DNA of 64,000 nucleotides from an uncultured virus (IMG/VR IMGVR_UViG_3300035135_002062) (lineage: Duplodnaviria; Heunggongvirae; Uroviricota; Caudoviricetes), in the IMG/VR virus record IMGVR_UViG_3300035135_002062; one strand, 5' to 3'. The notes under the pieces were generated by a model that ran no database searches, was not told the DNA's origin, and saw nothing but the letters and a program-made list of their open reading frames with translations. Positions 1 through 11,123 of this stretch are shown here, one piece after another (the first letter of the stretch is position 1; the number at the start of each line of letters is the position of its first letter). A program made the translations under genes and the position numbers.

Positions 1-6
1 TTGCCA

Positions 7-924
7 TTATTGAGTGATATCATCAAAATCTTTAGTTGTATCGATTTCGTCCCTTTCCTCTCTAACCTCAAATAGTGTTTCGTTGAACTCATCTTTGATC
101 TCAAACAAGTTAAATTGTTTGTAGATATTGTTTGCACCGTCGTAAACTGTGTAAATACCATCAGATACTGATTTAGATTGGTTACCATACAATGCGTAAG
201 CCAATGTAGTATCATCATGTTCAACCATTTCAACTTCTAAAGTTGTAGGATTGAAAAATGTATTTGATAGAACTATGTTCTGTGATGGTTCACCAATAAA
301 CGGTACCGTATTCGGTCTGTTTGATGGTGCTGACGATGGTGTTACTGTCAAAAACAACAAATTAGTAGACTGATCAGTATATTGATATCTGATTGCCTTC
401 TGACTTGAATTAGTCAAGTTTGATGTAATTGGTGTACAGTAAAAAGATGAGGTAACTACCCTATAGAAATTAGGAAGTTTAGTACCGTCGTTGTTGATAT
501 ACTCAATTCTATATCCCACTAATCCTTGTGGGGTAAATTTATTTCTATCATCAGATGGTACGTTACTCAAATCGATTATTATTCCTCTTACCGATGGTAA
601 TGAAGCTAGAATACCACAATCGGTTATTGATGTTCTAATTTGTTTAGGTCTAATATGTAATGTATACACACCTAAATCGTCAAAATCCGCAGAATCTAAT
701 TTTAAATTGTAAAGTCCACCGATTAATTCTGTTGTAGAAACACCAGTCTCAAGAGTATCATTTCTATCACCATGGTAGATAGGAGTTAAAACGTCCTCTG
801 AATCTAATTTTTTAAACTGAACGGGTGCCGTTGATGTCCTACCAGAAACATAGTGATAAAAAATTTCTATGTCTGACGGAGACACATCTGCGGGTCTTAC
901 CGTTCCATAACTACCTACTGCCAT
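7..924 (-). CDS. Hypothetical virion structural protein (305 aa)
   Basis: Long ORF at the end of the structural block, with a TATTTAT motif 13 nt upstream; no recognisable catalytic motif. Confidence 0.55.
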   Translation of the reverse strand: MAVGSYGTVRPADVSPSDIEIFYHYVSGRTSTAPVQFKKLDSEDVLTPIYHGDRNDTLETGVSTTELIGGLYNLKLDSADFDDLGVYTLHIRPKQIRTSITDCGILASLPSVRGIIIDLSNVPSDDRNKFTPQGLVGYRIEYINNDGTKLPNFYRVVTSSFYCTPITSNLTNSSQKAIRYQYTDQSTNLLFLTVTPSSAPSNRPNTVPFIGEPSQNIVLSNTFFNPTTLEVEMVEHDDTTLAYALYGNQSKSVSDGIYTVYDGANNIYKQFNLFEIKDEFNETLFEVREERDEIDTTKDFDDITQ

Positions 925-950
925 AATCTTTTAATTAATAAATATTATTT

Positions 951-1865
951 TTATTGTTTTTTAACTTGGAAAAATCCGTTTCCATAAACAGACAGTTCTC
1001 CAATATTATCAATTTCACCTAACCTTAAATTCATTTCTAAAACTCCCTGCTTCCCTCTTTCGACAAAAACGTCAGAATAAATGGTCGGTTCATCTATAAA
1101 TCCGATGAAATGTTCGTTCCTTGTTAACATCTTATCGAACTCGTCTTCTATCTCAAAATTTGTTGTTGAACCTGTAATTGTTGTGGTCCCATCCTCATAA
1201 TCTCTATAGGACAAATTATCAATAGTGTATCCAGTGTAACTACCAACAGTATCACTTCCTGTTGTAATATTTTGATAGTTTGTTTCACCGTATTTTTTTA
1301 ATTCACTCACTCTACTTCTGCCCATCGCGGCAAAATAGATCTGTGTTGTACCCGTTACATTACTATTATCATAATCATTAATGTAATTTTGTGTAACAGT
1401 TGTTTGCCCTTCATATACCATTGTAGTTGAGAAACTACCGAATGGATTAGTGACTGTTGTGTTTTGGGGTACAGTAATCTTTTTTTGTATTCTTTTTGCT
1501 ATATAATTTGTTTGTAGTGTTATAGTGACCAAATATGTTCCTGATGAGGAATATGTATGTTGTTTAAACGAAAGATTAGTTCCTGTACTAACTGTTATAA
1601 CTTCATTCCCTCCATCACCCCAATCAATAGTATATGTTTCACTTCTTATAACCTTTAATAAATCTCTGTTGACAGTATTATAAACTCTTATTGTATTTCC
1701 ACCAGTTATTTGATAATTGAAATTACAGATCTGTTCAACTTGTTCTATATCACCGTCAAAACCAACCATACCACCCATCTCATCCGCTTCAGAAACTAAG
1801 TATACAGGTACGTTGTGAGTTAGTCCTGTTGTTGGTTTGTATATTTTATAAAAGTTCTTCTCCAT
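951..1865 (-). CDS. Structural protein with a PKD-like Ig domain
   Basis: YTIDWGDG...HTYSSSGTYLVTITL matches the PKD signature. Confidence 0.6.
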   Translation of the reverse strand: MEKNFYKIYKPTTGLTHNVPVYLVSEADEMGGMVGFDGDIEQVEQICNFNYQITGGNTIRVYNTVNRDLLKVIRSETYTIDWGDGGNEVITVSTGTNLSFKQHTYSSSGTYLVTITLQTNYIAKRIQKKITVPQNTTVTNPFGSFSTTMVYEGQTTVTQNYINDYDNSNVTGTTQIYFAAMGRSRVSELKKYGETNYQNITTGSDTVGSYTGYTIDNLSYRDYEDGTTTITGSTTNFEIEDEFDKMLTRNEHFIGFIDEPTIYSDVFVERGKQGVLEMNLRLGEIDNIGELSVYGNGFFQVKKQ

Positions 1866-1866
1866 C

Positions 1867-3201
1867 TTATTGTGTATATATATCTGATTGTGCCATACCT
1901 GATGTTAGTCCACCATCTAAACTTATTTCCGCACCTAAAGTGTAGTTATATGTACCAGGTGGTATTGTTAACACAGATGGTAAACTATCATTATTCATGT
2001 CTCCTGATGCCGCAGTAACATTTAATGAACCAACACTTGTGACACTTAAAGAGGCGTTTGACACGTTATCATAGTTGAACGCCTTTGAACTTCGGAGGTA
2101 AACATTTACACTACCATTTGTTACTGTTACTGTACCACTTATATCATCATAATTCATTGTCTGTGGTGCATTTGCACTTACAGTTACATTTGTCCCCGCC
2201 GACCACGTTATTGTTGGACTATTTGATGTTGGGCCTGGTGTTGGTACTGGTGTCGGTGCAGGAGTTGGTTGTGGTGTTCCACCTGTTGGTACAGGTGTTG
2301 GATTTGCAGTTGGAGGTGGTGCCTGAGTTCCTTCCATCTGATAAAATAAAATAGGGTTATCCGCCGTCCCTTTACGTGTCCCTAAATATGGGTACGTTCC
2401 ATTCTCCTCTGTGACCACATAATGATATGTTGGTTCACCCGCATCATTACGAGACATTTCAACTCTATAGTATAAATCATTCTCTTGTGTTACTGTACTT
2501 GAATCTGCAATTGGTTTATTACCAAAAAGTATTTTAGATCCATCCACCGCATTATAAAATTTTGCGGACATAAAGAATGTTCCTCCTGTTAGTGTAGTTT
2601 CTTCTAATACCGTATCATCGTGAAACCAAAAGAGATACATATTCTCTTTGTTTCTCATACTTGACCCCATAAAAACGGGCACATAAAATTTCTCTGTTTT
2701 TCCCGTAACACTAACCCTTTCACCCACAGCGGGGGACAAGTTCTTCGCGAATACTAATCTTCTGTTTGTTCTATTTGGTTGTTCACCGTCGGGAGTTTTA
2801 TAAAATTCAAGTCTGAAAAAACTATTTCTAAGATCTGATAATAGTTTATCTGTTTGAGAAATTCCAACGGATTTATAATCTAAACCATTCGTATATGACC
2901 CATTTTTAACAAAATAAAAATAGAACCATATATCTGTTTGTTCGATGGTATTAATCTGTGTATTGGTAGTAACAGTACCTTCTTCTTCCGCAGCGGATTC
3001 GGATGGAGTCGAAGCGGCACTTGAAGTATATGGTTTGTGTATATACCTATTAGTTTCATAATTCTCAATAGGATTAATAATACTTCTTAATAATTCATCC
3101 TCATACGATTGTATACTCTCATCCCAACCCGAGTCCGTTCTAAAAGACTCTTGTTGATTTAAAATTAATTTTTTGTCTTGTGAATCAAATCTTAGTTTCA
3201 T
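1867..3201 (-). CDS. Structural protein with Pro/Thr linker and beta-rich C-terminal domain
   Basis: PTANPTPVPTGGTPQPTPAPTPVPTP linker; abuts neighbouring structural genes. Confidence 0.5.
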   Translation of the reverse strand: MKLRFDSQDKKLILNQQESFRTDSGWDESIQSYEDELLRSIINPIENYETNRYIHKPYTSSAASTPSESAAEEEGTVTTNTQINTIEQTDIWFYFYFVKNGSYTNGLDYKSVGISQTDKLLSDLRNSFFRLEFYKTPDGEQPNRTNRRLVFAKNLSPAVGERVSVTGKTEKFYVPVFMGSSMRNKENMYLFWFHDDTVLEETTLTGGTFFMSAKFYNAVDGSKILFGNKPIADSSTVTQENDLYYRVEMSRNDAGEPTYHYVVTEENGTYPYLGTRKGTADNPILFYQMEGTQAPPPTANPTPVPTGGTPQPTPAPTPVPTPGPTSNSPTITWSAGTNVTVSANAPQTMNYDDISGTVTVTNGSVNVYLRSSKAFNYDNVSNASLSVTSVGSLNVTAASGDMNNDSLPSVLTIPPGTYNYTLGAEISLDGGLTSGMAQSDIYTQ

Positions 3202-4947
3202 TTAACATAAAGAATCATTGTCTACTGTGAAGTTTGATATACCGTCCGTTTTATTTAAGAAGGTCTCCTCATTTCTCAGATAAAAGTTTATGTCAGATTT
3301 GACGTAGTGTTGTCCGTTTGTAAATGGATGGTTCACACCAAAACCATCGGGGTCTGTATACCCATGATCATATAGGTCTCTCCACTTCCATTGTTTGTTG
3401 TAGGTATCGTATAATGAGTTTTCAGGGAGTCCATCTATTTTATTAGTATTTGCCGTTTCTATATAAGGTGAAAGTTGTCTTAACTTAACCCTATAGTGAG
3501 GTTGGTAAAATAGACCTTTTGGGTTAGTTGTACTTGAACCATCATTATTTGAAACTTGTGAGTGATTAAATATGTTATAGTCCATTGTGAATTTATGTAG
3601 TGCTTCAGATAGAATTGTTTCTTTGAAATCTTCTTTGTTATATTCAACAAAAGCACCGACTAATTCGTCTCCTACAGTCAACTCTGTTCCTTGAGTAAAT
3701 GTCACTCCACTGTTTTGGAAAGTTGTTGATGGTAACCCACTGTCTGATCCACCAAACCCCGTATCAAATTGGTTATCAACCCAAGAGTTATGGAAATTAA
3801 ATCTCCAACCTAATCTCGGTGGATAGTTAAAATATCCATTCCCATTTTTAAATAATGTTGTGACGTACAAATCAGTCACTGTATATCCTAAATTGTTTGT
3901 TAAACCTTGTATATCTACTTCATCTTTAAAGTGATATAATATGGTTTCAGGTCTATTTTGAACAGAGTATATGTTATTTCTAGCATCAGCAGTCTCATAT
4001 TGTAATTTTCTTTCTATCTCAAACACAGGAGTTTCAAACCCTGTTCTGTCTACAATACAACCGTCCGAATTAGTTAATATCTTATGTTTGTGCACATAAT
4101 ACTCTGAAGTAGTTTCAGACATTTTAGTTTTATCTAAACACCTTTTACCAAATACAACCCCACTTAAAGTTTGTGATGATGTAAAGGTTGATTTCTGAAC
4201 ATTAATAACATATTTTTCAGAATTGAATACTTCATTACCTGTTGACGCAATTGGAAAAACTCTGTCCGACTCTGATCCACTACTTATCGAAGTACCTGAT
4301 AGAATCACAAATTCCCCTTCACTCATATTATGTGGTATAGGACTCGTTAATTCATAATGTGTTGTAAACTCTTCAACTCTAAAAGGTATCCCATTAGACG
4401 CAGTAAAAGAATATTGTGTGTTACCTGATAATGTATATCTCATTTGGTGAGTACTATCCTTATCATGAACATAGGAAAGAAATACGTTCCAATTTGTTGA
4501 CGCAACATCCATCTCATTTATTGTCCTGTGTGATGTGTCCCCCGTAATAACCAGATTAGGTGAGAAATCACCCATTGTTGTTCCCGATGGAGAAGACACT
4601 TGTCTAATATAATCGTTTCTAATAAACGCAAATTCGTTGTATGGTACATATCCTGTGAAATCACCGTCAATCCCATCACCAATAACATATAAGTTATTTA
4701 GTAGTGGTTCATATGTTGTAGTACCACTATACGTGTTTCTGAAAACCATATTCATTTTACCATAAATTCTATATTTGGTACTCTCATTACGTTCTTTTTT
4801 GAATTGTTCCGCAATGTCTAAGATGATGGTCTTATCACCCTCTCTTAGTAAATTCTTTTCCTCTTCAAGATTTATTCGTAACGTTAAGTCTTCAGACTCC
4901 GCATTTTTAAATCTTTTACTCGGTGATAATATTTTCTTTTTTATCAT
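3202..4947 (-). CDS. Hypothetical baseplate/tail structural protein (581 aa)
   Basis: Overlaps the upstream 1255-aa gene by 4 nt; operon context. Confidence 0.5.
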   Translation of the reverse strand: MIKKKILSPSKRFKNAESEDLTLRINLEEEKNLLREGDKTIILDIAEQFKKERNESTKYRIYGKMNMVFRNTYSGTTTYEPLLNNLYVIGDGIDGDFTGYVPYNEFAFIRNDYIRQVSSPSGTTMGDFSPNLVITGDTSHRTINEMDVASTNWNVFLSYVHDKDSTHQMRYTLSGNTQYSFTASNGIPFRVEEFTTHYELTSPIPHNMSEGEFVILSGTSISSGSESDRVFPIASTGNEVFNSEKYVINVQKSTFTSSQTLSGVVFGKRCLDKTKMSETTSEYYVHKHKILTNSDGCIVDRTGFETPVFEIERKLQYETADARNNIYSVQNRPETILYHFKDEVDIQGLTNNLGYTVTDLYVTTLFKNGNGYFNYPPRLGWRFNFHNSWVDNQFDTGFGGSDSGLPSTTFQNSGVTFTQGTELTVGDELVGAFVEYNKEDFKETILSEALHKFTMDYNIFNHSQVSNNDGSSTTNPKGLFYQPHYRVKLRQLSPYIETANTNKIDGLPENSLYDTYNKQWKWRDLYDHGYTDPDGFGVNHPFTNGQHYVKSDINFYLRNEETFLNKTDGISNFTVDNDSLC

Positions 4948-7900
4948 AACGGACCAAAGTTTTTAACGAATTTATTCCACGAAGATTTTCCTGTTCTCAA
5001 TCCAAAGTAGAAGAAGAAAGGTCCGCCGAGTGGTATTTCTTGTGACGCATAATTATTATCCGCACAATCTCTTATTGGTGGTAAGATACTACCATCATAA
5101 TAATGACTATTGATGTTATCGGTAGGGTTTCCACCCGCACCGTTGTATGGGTCAGCCACCATCAATCCATTGAAGTCCCAACCTCCTTGATACTTAGTAG
5201 TGTGTATTGTGGTTCTATCCCAATTTTGTGTTTCTGATGTTCCACTATCGGGACCAAAACCTGATGTTGACTTTCTGTCCCACCTATAATAAGGAACTTC
5301 CTGTGCCGTTTCAGTTAAATTACCTGCCGCATTAATACAAAGTCTCAATAGAGTACCATCTTTTTCGACAATCTCAGTATCCTCGTCGTCCTCTGAGAAT
5401 GTGAAATCTATACCAACAGGTCCTATTCCGTCATATACAGTTTGTCCCGTTGTTGCATATGGACTATCAGGATCTTCATCATCATACCCATAATATCCCA
5501 TTTGTGAGTTCATATTTAATAGTTGTGCAATATCACCATCAATTGCGCCACCACCTCTTCTATCGAAAAGGTCTTTTACTTGTAATCTACCCTGTTCTTT
5601 AACTTCTTTGGATGAAATAATATATTCCATTAAATCATTTATATCTTGATATGATGTACTACCAATACTTTTTGAAACAGAACAGTTTACATCCAATTCA
5701 GGGTCGACACATATCTCTTTTATAAACATATTTCTTGGTCCTAAATCCATGATAGTTGTTGGAAAAAGTATTTCACCGTATGATCTTTCACCCACCTGAC
5801 CAATAAAATTACCATTATGGTAAGGTGTTGACCTATAATAATAGTGTACTCCATTATCGTCCTCAACTCTTCTAATAACGTCTTCGCAGTATTTGGCGTT
5901 AGTTCCGCCTCTTCTTCTTCTGAATTGGAAAAAGTATAACGCACCGTTTAACCAACTATTTGAGAAAGTGTATGAGGTAACTCCACCACACATTAGTTTG
6001 CCGACTAATTTTCTTCTACTGTAATCGTTTATAAGTTGTTGGTTTTTTCCTGCGGCAGGTATTAAATGATATTGACCATCAACAAACTCCGAATAACCTG
6101 ATGCAGTACAATCTGTACCCCATTTCCTTTGTACACATCTTCTATCTCTTTTACCATCCCACCCACTTGTTTCGTCAGTATATGCACTTATTGTTACTGT
6201 GATATCTGCCACGGGTAGAGTATCAGCACACGGATCCTCAGTACCATCCAAAAATATATCGGGATAGGCATTATTTTGCCAACTTAAATGATCAGGATTA
6301 TCTATTAAGTCTTGATAAGTGGAACCTGTGTATGCCCTTAATCTCATGGTATCACCGTTACCTCCCCAATAATCAGGGTCATATATTGTATCGTATTTTT
6401 CACAACCACTTTCTACTGTCGTACCTGTTATGACGGTTGTCGTCACTTCACTAACAAAATATAATTCAACAAACTCCATTTGATTCGCGTTTGCAATAGC
6501 CGTACCCGCCAACACATCTGGTTGTGGTGTTGCACCATAACCATTTTCAATTAATATATCTTGATAGACTGTGGATGCAAGGAAATTAAATGTGACGTTA
6601 CTTCCACTTATATTGGTTCCTTCATGTTGTGTACTGTAACCAACACCGACATATCCATATTGTGGTGGTGTTATCGTATTTCCACTTGCATCTAAAACCT
6701 CTGCAACTTTTATGTATTTTAAAATATAATTTCTTTCATCTGTAATACCCGCAATTGTCATCTGACCGTCGTCATTAGATGAAGTGTCATTAGGATCATA
6801 CGTTGTGGTTGCAACTACGTTAGTTGCGGTAACTGTTAAGTTATTATTTGTAATAACGTCTTCCTCACCACCTGAGGGTATACTAATAAAATCATACGAA
6901 TATGATCCCCCACCACCAGTTTGTTCTCCCGATTCGGGATCTACATTACATTCATAACAATCGGGATAATTAACTAAACCTAATTTTCTTGAAGTCCCTT
7001 TTTGTATATCTCTCGCATATCCAGCAATCCTATCCGCTAAGCCGCCTAATGGTCTTGAACCTAAGATCTTGAAGTTTAATGCGTCACTCGCATCAAAAAG
7101 GAATTCTACAATAACATCTAAGACTGCCTGTGTGATTTTTAAATATATTTTCTCGAGGAAGTTTAATATAATTGTTATTAAAAATTTGAATTTATGATTT
7201 CTTACTGCGTCATTGATTGGGAAATACTCATTATTATTTGAACAATCCTCCTCTTGTGATGGTTGTATTTCTTTAATACCAATAAAGGATTCATTCCTGT
7301 CTCTGACAAGGAAACTAAATGCTTTCTCCGCCCACGATTTGTTATAATATTGGTTTATAAACGATGATACGGTGTAAACTCTATTATATCTAAAAGAGTA
7401 GAACATGTCATTAGAGAACCCATTATTATTGATACCCGTAATATCATCCATTGCATTTGCGGGATAATCGTCTAAGTTGGTTGAAAACGCATACGCTTTA
7501 GGGTCAATATAAGGTGTTCCACTACCTAAATTATGTTCTTTGATTTGTGGTACAAGGTACTTACCCCTATATTGTTTTCTCGCGGCATTGTCATTTTGAT
7601 ATGAAAGTCTGAACCTATACGTTCCTCTTGTTGGGATACCTCTTTGAGTATTTTTAGTTTCTACTAACTCTCCAAATTCATTCGTAATGAAATACCCCAT
7701 ATTCATGGGTACTCTGAAAAAGAAATTACCATTTTCATTTATTTGTGAGTCTAATTGTATTGCTTCAAGTATTGGTCTTTCATAGTTTGGTGTACCGTCC
7801 GTATTTTCTTCATAGGTACCTGTAAATCTAATCGCCTCAATATCTCCCTCACCTGAAGTTAAACTACATTTTTCTCCCATTTGATTGTCGACATTACATC

Positions 7901-8711
7901 TAACTCTTACCGAATCTTTACCTGAGTCAGTGAAACTACCTCCCATCATAATAGAATAAGGTTCTATTCTAATACCTTGGTCACTTAGATCATAATCAGT
8001 TCTTGTAATACCAATTTCACATAGATCCTCATTACCCCAAAACGGATAAACTTCAACTGTTTCTTCAAATGTCAATGTTTGTGGTAGTCCTGCTATATCA
8101 GGATCACCTTTAAAAGTGTAGTTGTTTTCAAATTTTTCTTCAGAAACACCTTCATATATAAAATCATAAGGAACAAGTGATTGACAACCCATATCCGACA
8201 AATCAACATCTACATGAATTGTTTGTGATCCCGTGGGTACTCCCCATATCATAAAATCACCCGCATCATTAGTCTTAACTGTGTACTTATAATATTTTTC
8301 ATAAACGTATAAGACCTCTTCTCTTGTCAAGATATCTTCTTGATCAGGAAACGTTCCTGTTGGTGTATGTCCTGTATGTTGTTTTCTCTTAGGGAACAGA
8401 TTATACTTGTACCCATCTGTATCGGTGTCTTGTGTTGATCTGTAGGGGTATAATGCGGAGACAACAGGGTCTTCCTCATCTATATCATCTAACGGAATGA
8501 ATATCGATACTCTGGCGTTTGCAACACCGTATCCTTGATTCGCGGTAATTCTACCACAAACAACACCATAGTCCGCACAAATAGATGTGTAAATGTCTTT
8601 TTGTGTGAACTTAAGTGAAAGAATTTCTAAAAGATCATAGTCTTGTTTTAACTCGACAGTTACCTTTTGATCCTTACCAATTTCTGTTCTTATACGATGT
8701 TTCTGTATCAT
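4944..8711 (-). CDS. Large baseplate-associated protein with N-terminal carboxypeptidase-regulatory-like beta-sandwich
   Basis: GVVCGRI...ANARVSIF...KTNDAGDFMIWGVPTGSQTIHVDVD pattern; Cys-rich C-terminal half; directly downstream of the wedge gene. Confidence 0.55.
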   Translation of the reverse strand: MIQKHRIRTEIGKDQKVTVELKQDYDLLEILSLKFTQKDIYTSICADYGVVCGRITANQGYGVANARVSIFIPLDDIDEEDPVVSALYPYRSTQDTDTDGYKYNLFPKRKQHTGHTPTGTFPDQEDILTREEVLYVYEKYYKYTVKTNDAGDFMIWGVPTGSQTIHVDVDLSDMGCQSLVPYDFIYEGVSEEKFENNYTFKGDPDIAGLPQTLTFEETVEVYPFWGNEDLCEIGITRTDYDLSDQGIRIEPYSIMMGGSFTDSGKDSVRVRCNVDNQMGEKCSLTSGEGDIEAIRFTGTYEENTDGTPNYERPILEAIQLDSQINENGNFFFRVPMNMGYFITNEFGELVETKNTQRGIPTRGTYRFRLSYQNDNAARKQYRGKYLVPQIKEHNLGSGTPYIDPKAYAFSTNLDDYPANAMDDITGINNNGFSNDMFYSFRYNRVYTVSSFINQYYNKSWAEKAFSFLVRDRNESFIGIKEIQPSQEEDCSNNNEYFPINDAVRNHKFKFLITIILNFLEKIYLKITQAVLDVIVEFLFDASDALNFKILGSRPLGGLADRIAGYARDIQKGTSRKLGLVNYPDCYECNVDPESGEQTGGGGSYSYDFISIPSGGEEDVITNNNLTVTATNVVATTTYDPNDTSSNDDGQMTIAGITDERNYILKYIKVAEVLDASGNTITPPQYGYVGVGYSTQHEGTNISGSNVTFNFLASTVYQDILIENGYGATPQPDVLAGTAIANANQMEFVELYFVSEVTTTVITGTTVESGCEKYDTIYDPDYWGGNGDTMRLRAYTGSTYQDLIDNPDHLSWQNNAYPDIFLDGTEDPCADTLPVADITVTISAYTDETSGWDGKRDRRCVQRKWGTDCTASGYSEFVDGQYHLIPAAGKNQQLINDYSRRKLVGKLMCGGVTSYTFSNSWLNGALYFFQFRRRRGGTNAKYCEDVIRRVEDDNGVHYYYRSTPYHNGNFIGQVGERSYGEILFPTTIMDLGPRNMFIKEICVDPELDVNCSVSKSIGSTSYQDINDLMEYIISSKEVKEQGRLQVKDLFDRRGGGAIDGDIAQLLNMNSQMGYYGYDDEDPDSPYATTGQTVYDGIGPVGIDFTFSEDDEDTEIVEKDGTLLRLCINAAGNLTETAQEVPYYRWDRKSTSGFGPDSGTSETQNWDRTTIHTTKYQGGWDFNGLMVADPYNGAGGNPTDNINSHYYDGSILPPIRDCADNNYASQEIPLGGPFFFYFGLRTGKSSWNKFVKNFGPL

Positions 8712-8770
8712 ATCATATAAATAGATTGGAACCTATTTTCCCTAATTATTAATAATACAGAAAAGAAAAA

Positions 8771-10603
8771 TTAAAATGTAGTGGAACCTAACGTTTTTAC
8801 TCTAACTTTTATGTCTTTGTTAGGAAATCTGATTTGGAAGATTTGATTACTTTTCATGTAAATCGTTGAATCAGATTGTTGTATTTCTTTTGTGGTATCG
8901 TCTACATAGTCTTGTGATACTTCTGAAGTTGAGTACTCTCCCCCTGTTTTACCATAGACTTTTAAGTTTACTACATTTACTATTCCTGTAATATCAGAAA
9001 CATTTTTCTGTAGTTCTCCGAGGAATAATGGGTCACCCATTTTTCTACCCTCGATACTCATAAACTCAGTAGCACTTGTTATGACCTCTTTTAATACTTC
9101 GGATTGTGTAATATTTTTATCAATAACTAAATCAATCTCAAGACCGAGGTCCACAACCTCACCACTAACGATATCTAAATAATCGTTAATCATTCTGTAG
9201 TTTGCAAGGTACCTTAATATATTGTTCTTTAATGTATTAGATACTGTGTCTGTGAGATTACCTGAATCATCATATGATAAAAGTTTGATTTTAATCTTGT
9301 TATCTTCTTCCATCACATTTACTTTGGCTGGTGCACCGTATGTAGATGGCATCGTTTCAATCAAAGATTTATAATCATTTAAGGTTACCGCCCTGTTTTG
9401 TGCTGCAAAGTTGTAACCTACCAAGTTTCTTATTTCTTCTACTGTTGGTTGATCCGCACCTCCAACAGCGGGAGTAACATTTGTTACGTTTAATGATTGT
9501 ACCACTTGATTATTAACATTTGATAGTGGTCCATTTACATTAAACTCAACATTATTTACTGACGTAATAACATTAACACCTAAATTACTATCCTTACCTC
9601 CACCAATTCTATATTTGATGAAAATAGTATTGTTTGATTTAGGTACTGACCCTAAAGATAAATTGTTTAAGTATGTACCTAAGTTAACTTTCAAGTTACC
9701 TGAGTTATACGAATCTAAATTATCTAAAGGATCTACACTACCCGAACCAAAAGTGACTGACATAAATCCTTCAGGAGTATACTCCGTGATAAATTTATTT
9801 GTTACTCGTTTGTATTCACCCGCGGTGAAATTATCCTTGTCAGAAGCGGAAGTTTTATCTGGTAAAAATATTTTGTCCTCCATAAGACTTTTTACCTCGT
9901 ACCACCTATTCTGTTCTGAACTAAATTCAGATGAACTTGGATTTGATGTCAAGTTAGAACCTTCCTTATGGATTATAGAAACTACCCCTAAAACATTCTT
10001 TTCAGGTAAAAACAATTTAAGAAATGGTTTTTGATCTTGTTTTGTTATTACCCTTCTAAAAATCCTTGACACACCATTTACTACTGCCTCTCTCTTTGTA
10101 ATGGTATAAGAAATTAACTTATTGTTTGAATCGAAGTTTGGAATCTTTAACCTATTTGGTTCTCCCTTGTTATTGAATGGATTTGAAAAATCTGTATCTT
10201 CTACTGTTTCAAATGTTTGTCCACCACCTGAAACTTGTGCCCCCGCCTTGAGTATACCAAGATATCTTTCATCTTCTTTATCACCTCTTACAGGAACGTT
10301 TATTGAAAAGTCACATAAAGCAACCGAAGGTCTATTACCTGGTAATCTTATACCATAAGTCTTAGCGATGTGGAATAACGATCTTCTTTGTTGTGCGAAG
10401 TCTAACATCGTTTCTTGCCACACTCTATCAATGTGATAATGTAGGTTATCACCGATGGCAGCGTTTAGATCTAATAATACTGAATAGATCGATGCGTCAT
10501 TTGTGTTTTTTATTAAATCAGGATAATAGTCATTGGTTAGGTTGACAAGATCTTGTCTTAACCCTGCGAAATCTCTTTTAGCGTATGATATTTTCTTTGC
10601 CAT
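8771..10603 (-). CDS. Baseplate wedge subunit (T4 gp6/baseplate J-like)
   Basis: N-terminal SYAKRDFAGLRQDL, GGADQPTVEEIR and AAQNRAVTLNDY are typical of gp6-like proteins. Confidence 0.85.
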   Translation of the reverse strand: MAKKISYAKRDFAGLRQDLVNLTNDYYPDLIKNTNDASIYSVLLDLNAAIGDNLHYHIDRVWQETMLDFAQQRRSLFHIAKTYGIRLPGNRPSVALCDFSINVPVRGDKEDERYLGILKAGAQVSGGGQTFETVEDTDFSNPFNNKGEPNRLKIPNFDSNNKLISYTITKREAVVNGVSRIFRRVITKQDQKPFLKLFLPEKNVLGVVSIIHKEGSNLTSNPSSSEFSSEQNRWYEVKSLMEDKIFLPDKTSASDKDNFTAGEYKRVTNKFITEYTPEGFMSVTFGSGSVDPLDNLDSYNSGNLKVNLGTYLNNLSLGSVPKSNNTIFIKYRIGGGKDSNLGVNVITSVNNVEFNVNGPLSNVNNQVVQSLNVTNVTPAVGGADQPTVEEIRNLVGYNFAAQNRAVTLNDYKSLIETMPSTYGAPAKVNVMEEDNKIKIKLLSYDDSGNLTDTVSNTLKNNILRYLANYRMINDYLDIVSGEVVDLGLEIDLVIDKNITQSEVLKEVITSATEFMSIEGRKMGDPLFLGELQKNVSDITGIVNVVNLKVYGKTGGEYSTSEVSQDYVDDTTKEIQQSDSTIYMKSNQIFQIRFPNKDIKVRVKTLGSTTF

Positions 10604-10604
10604 C

Positions 10605-11057
10605 TTATATATTAATTATTACAAAATCTGATGATGTAAACGCTCCGTTATTAACCGTATAGTCTATTTTAACTTTTGCGGTATATGGTTTAGTGGTTTC
10701 GTCTCCTAACCTAAAAATTCTATCATCTGTTTCTTCATCTACAGTCGTTACAGGATCATCATCGTCTTCCGATGAGATAACCTTTATTGAGTTTATATCG
10801 AGATTTGGTAAGTATTTTTTACAACCCTCTCTAATTTCTTCTTCAATCAGATTAAATGTTACCATATCATTCTGATCGAATATATATTCATATATTCTTG
10901 TACCGAAATCTGGCAAATAAAACCTACTACCCTTTTTAGTTAAGATTAGGTGAATCAAGTTCGCCCTAACCTCTCTTTCGGGAGTGGTTGTCATTTTCAA
11001 GTAATCTCCCTTAATACTTTCTCTAAAGGGGAAATCTATACCATAGGTTATTGCCAT
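10605..11057 (-). CDS. Baseplate wedge/sheath initiator (T4 gp25-like)
   Basis: GIDFPF...NLIHLILTKKGSRFYLPDFGTRIYEYIFD; start moved to ATG 11057, 4 nt after a TATTTAT motif. Confidence 0.88.
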   Translation of the reverse strand: MAITYGIDFPFRESIKGDYLKMTTTPEREVRANLIHLILTKKGSRFYLPDFGTRIYEYIFDQNDMVTFNLIEEEIREGCKKYLPNLDINSIKVISSEDDDDPVTTVDEETDDRIFRLGDETTKPYTAKVKIDYTVNNGAFTSSDFVIINI

Positions 11058-11097
11058 ACTAATAAATATAATCAATAACAAAATGAGTATAAATAAA

Positions 11098-11118
11098 AAC
11101 CCATCAAATTGATGGGTT
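11098..11118 (-). terminator. Intrinsic terminator ending the replication block
   Basis: AACCCATCA-3 nt-TGATGGGTT hairpin running into a T tract on the minus strand. Confidence 0.7.
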
Positions 11119-11123
11119 ATATT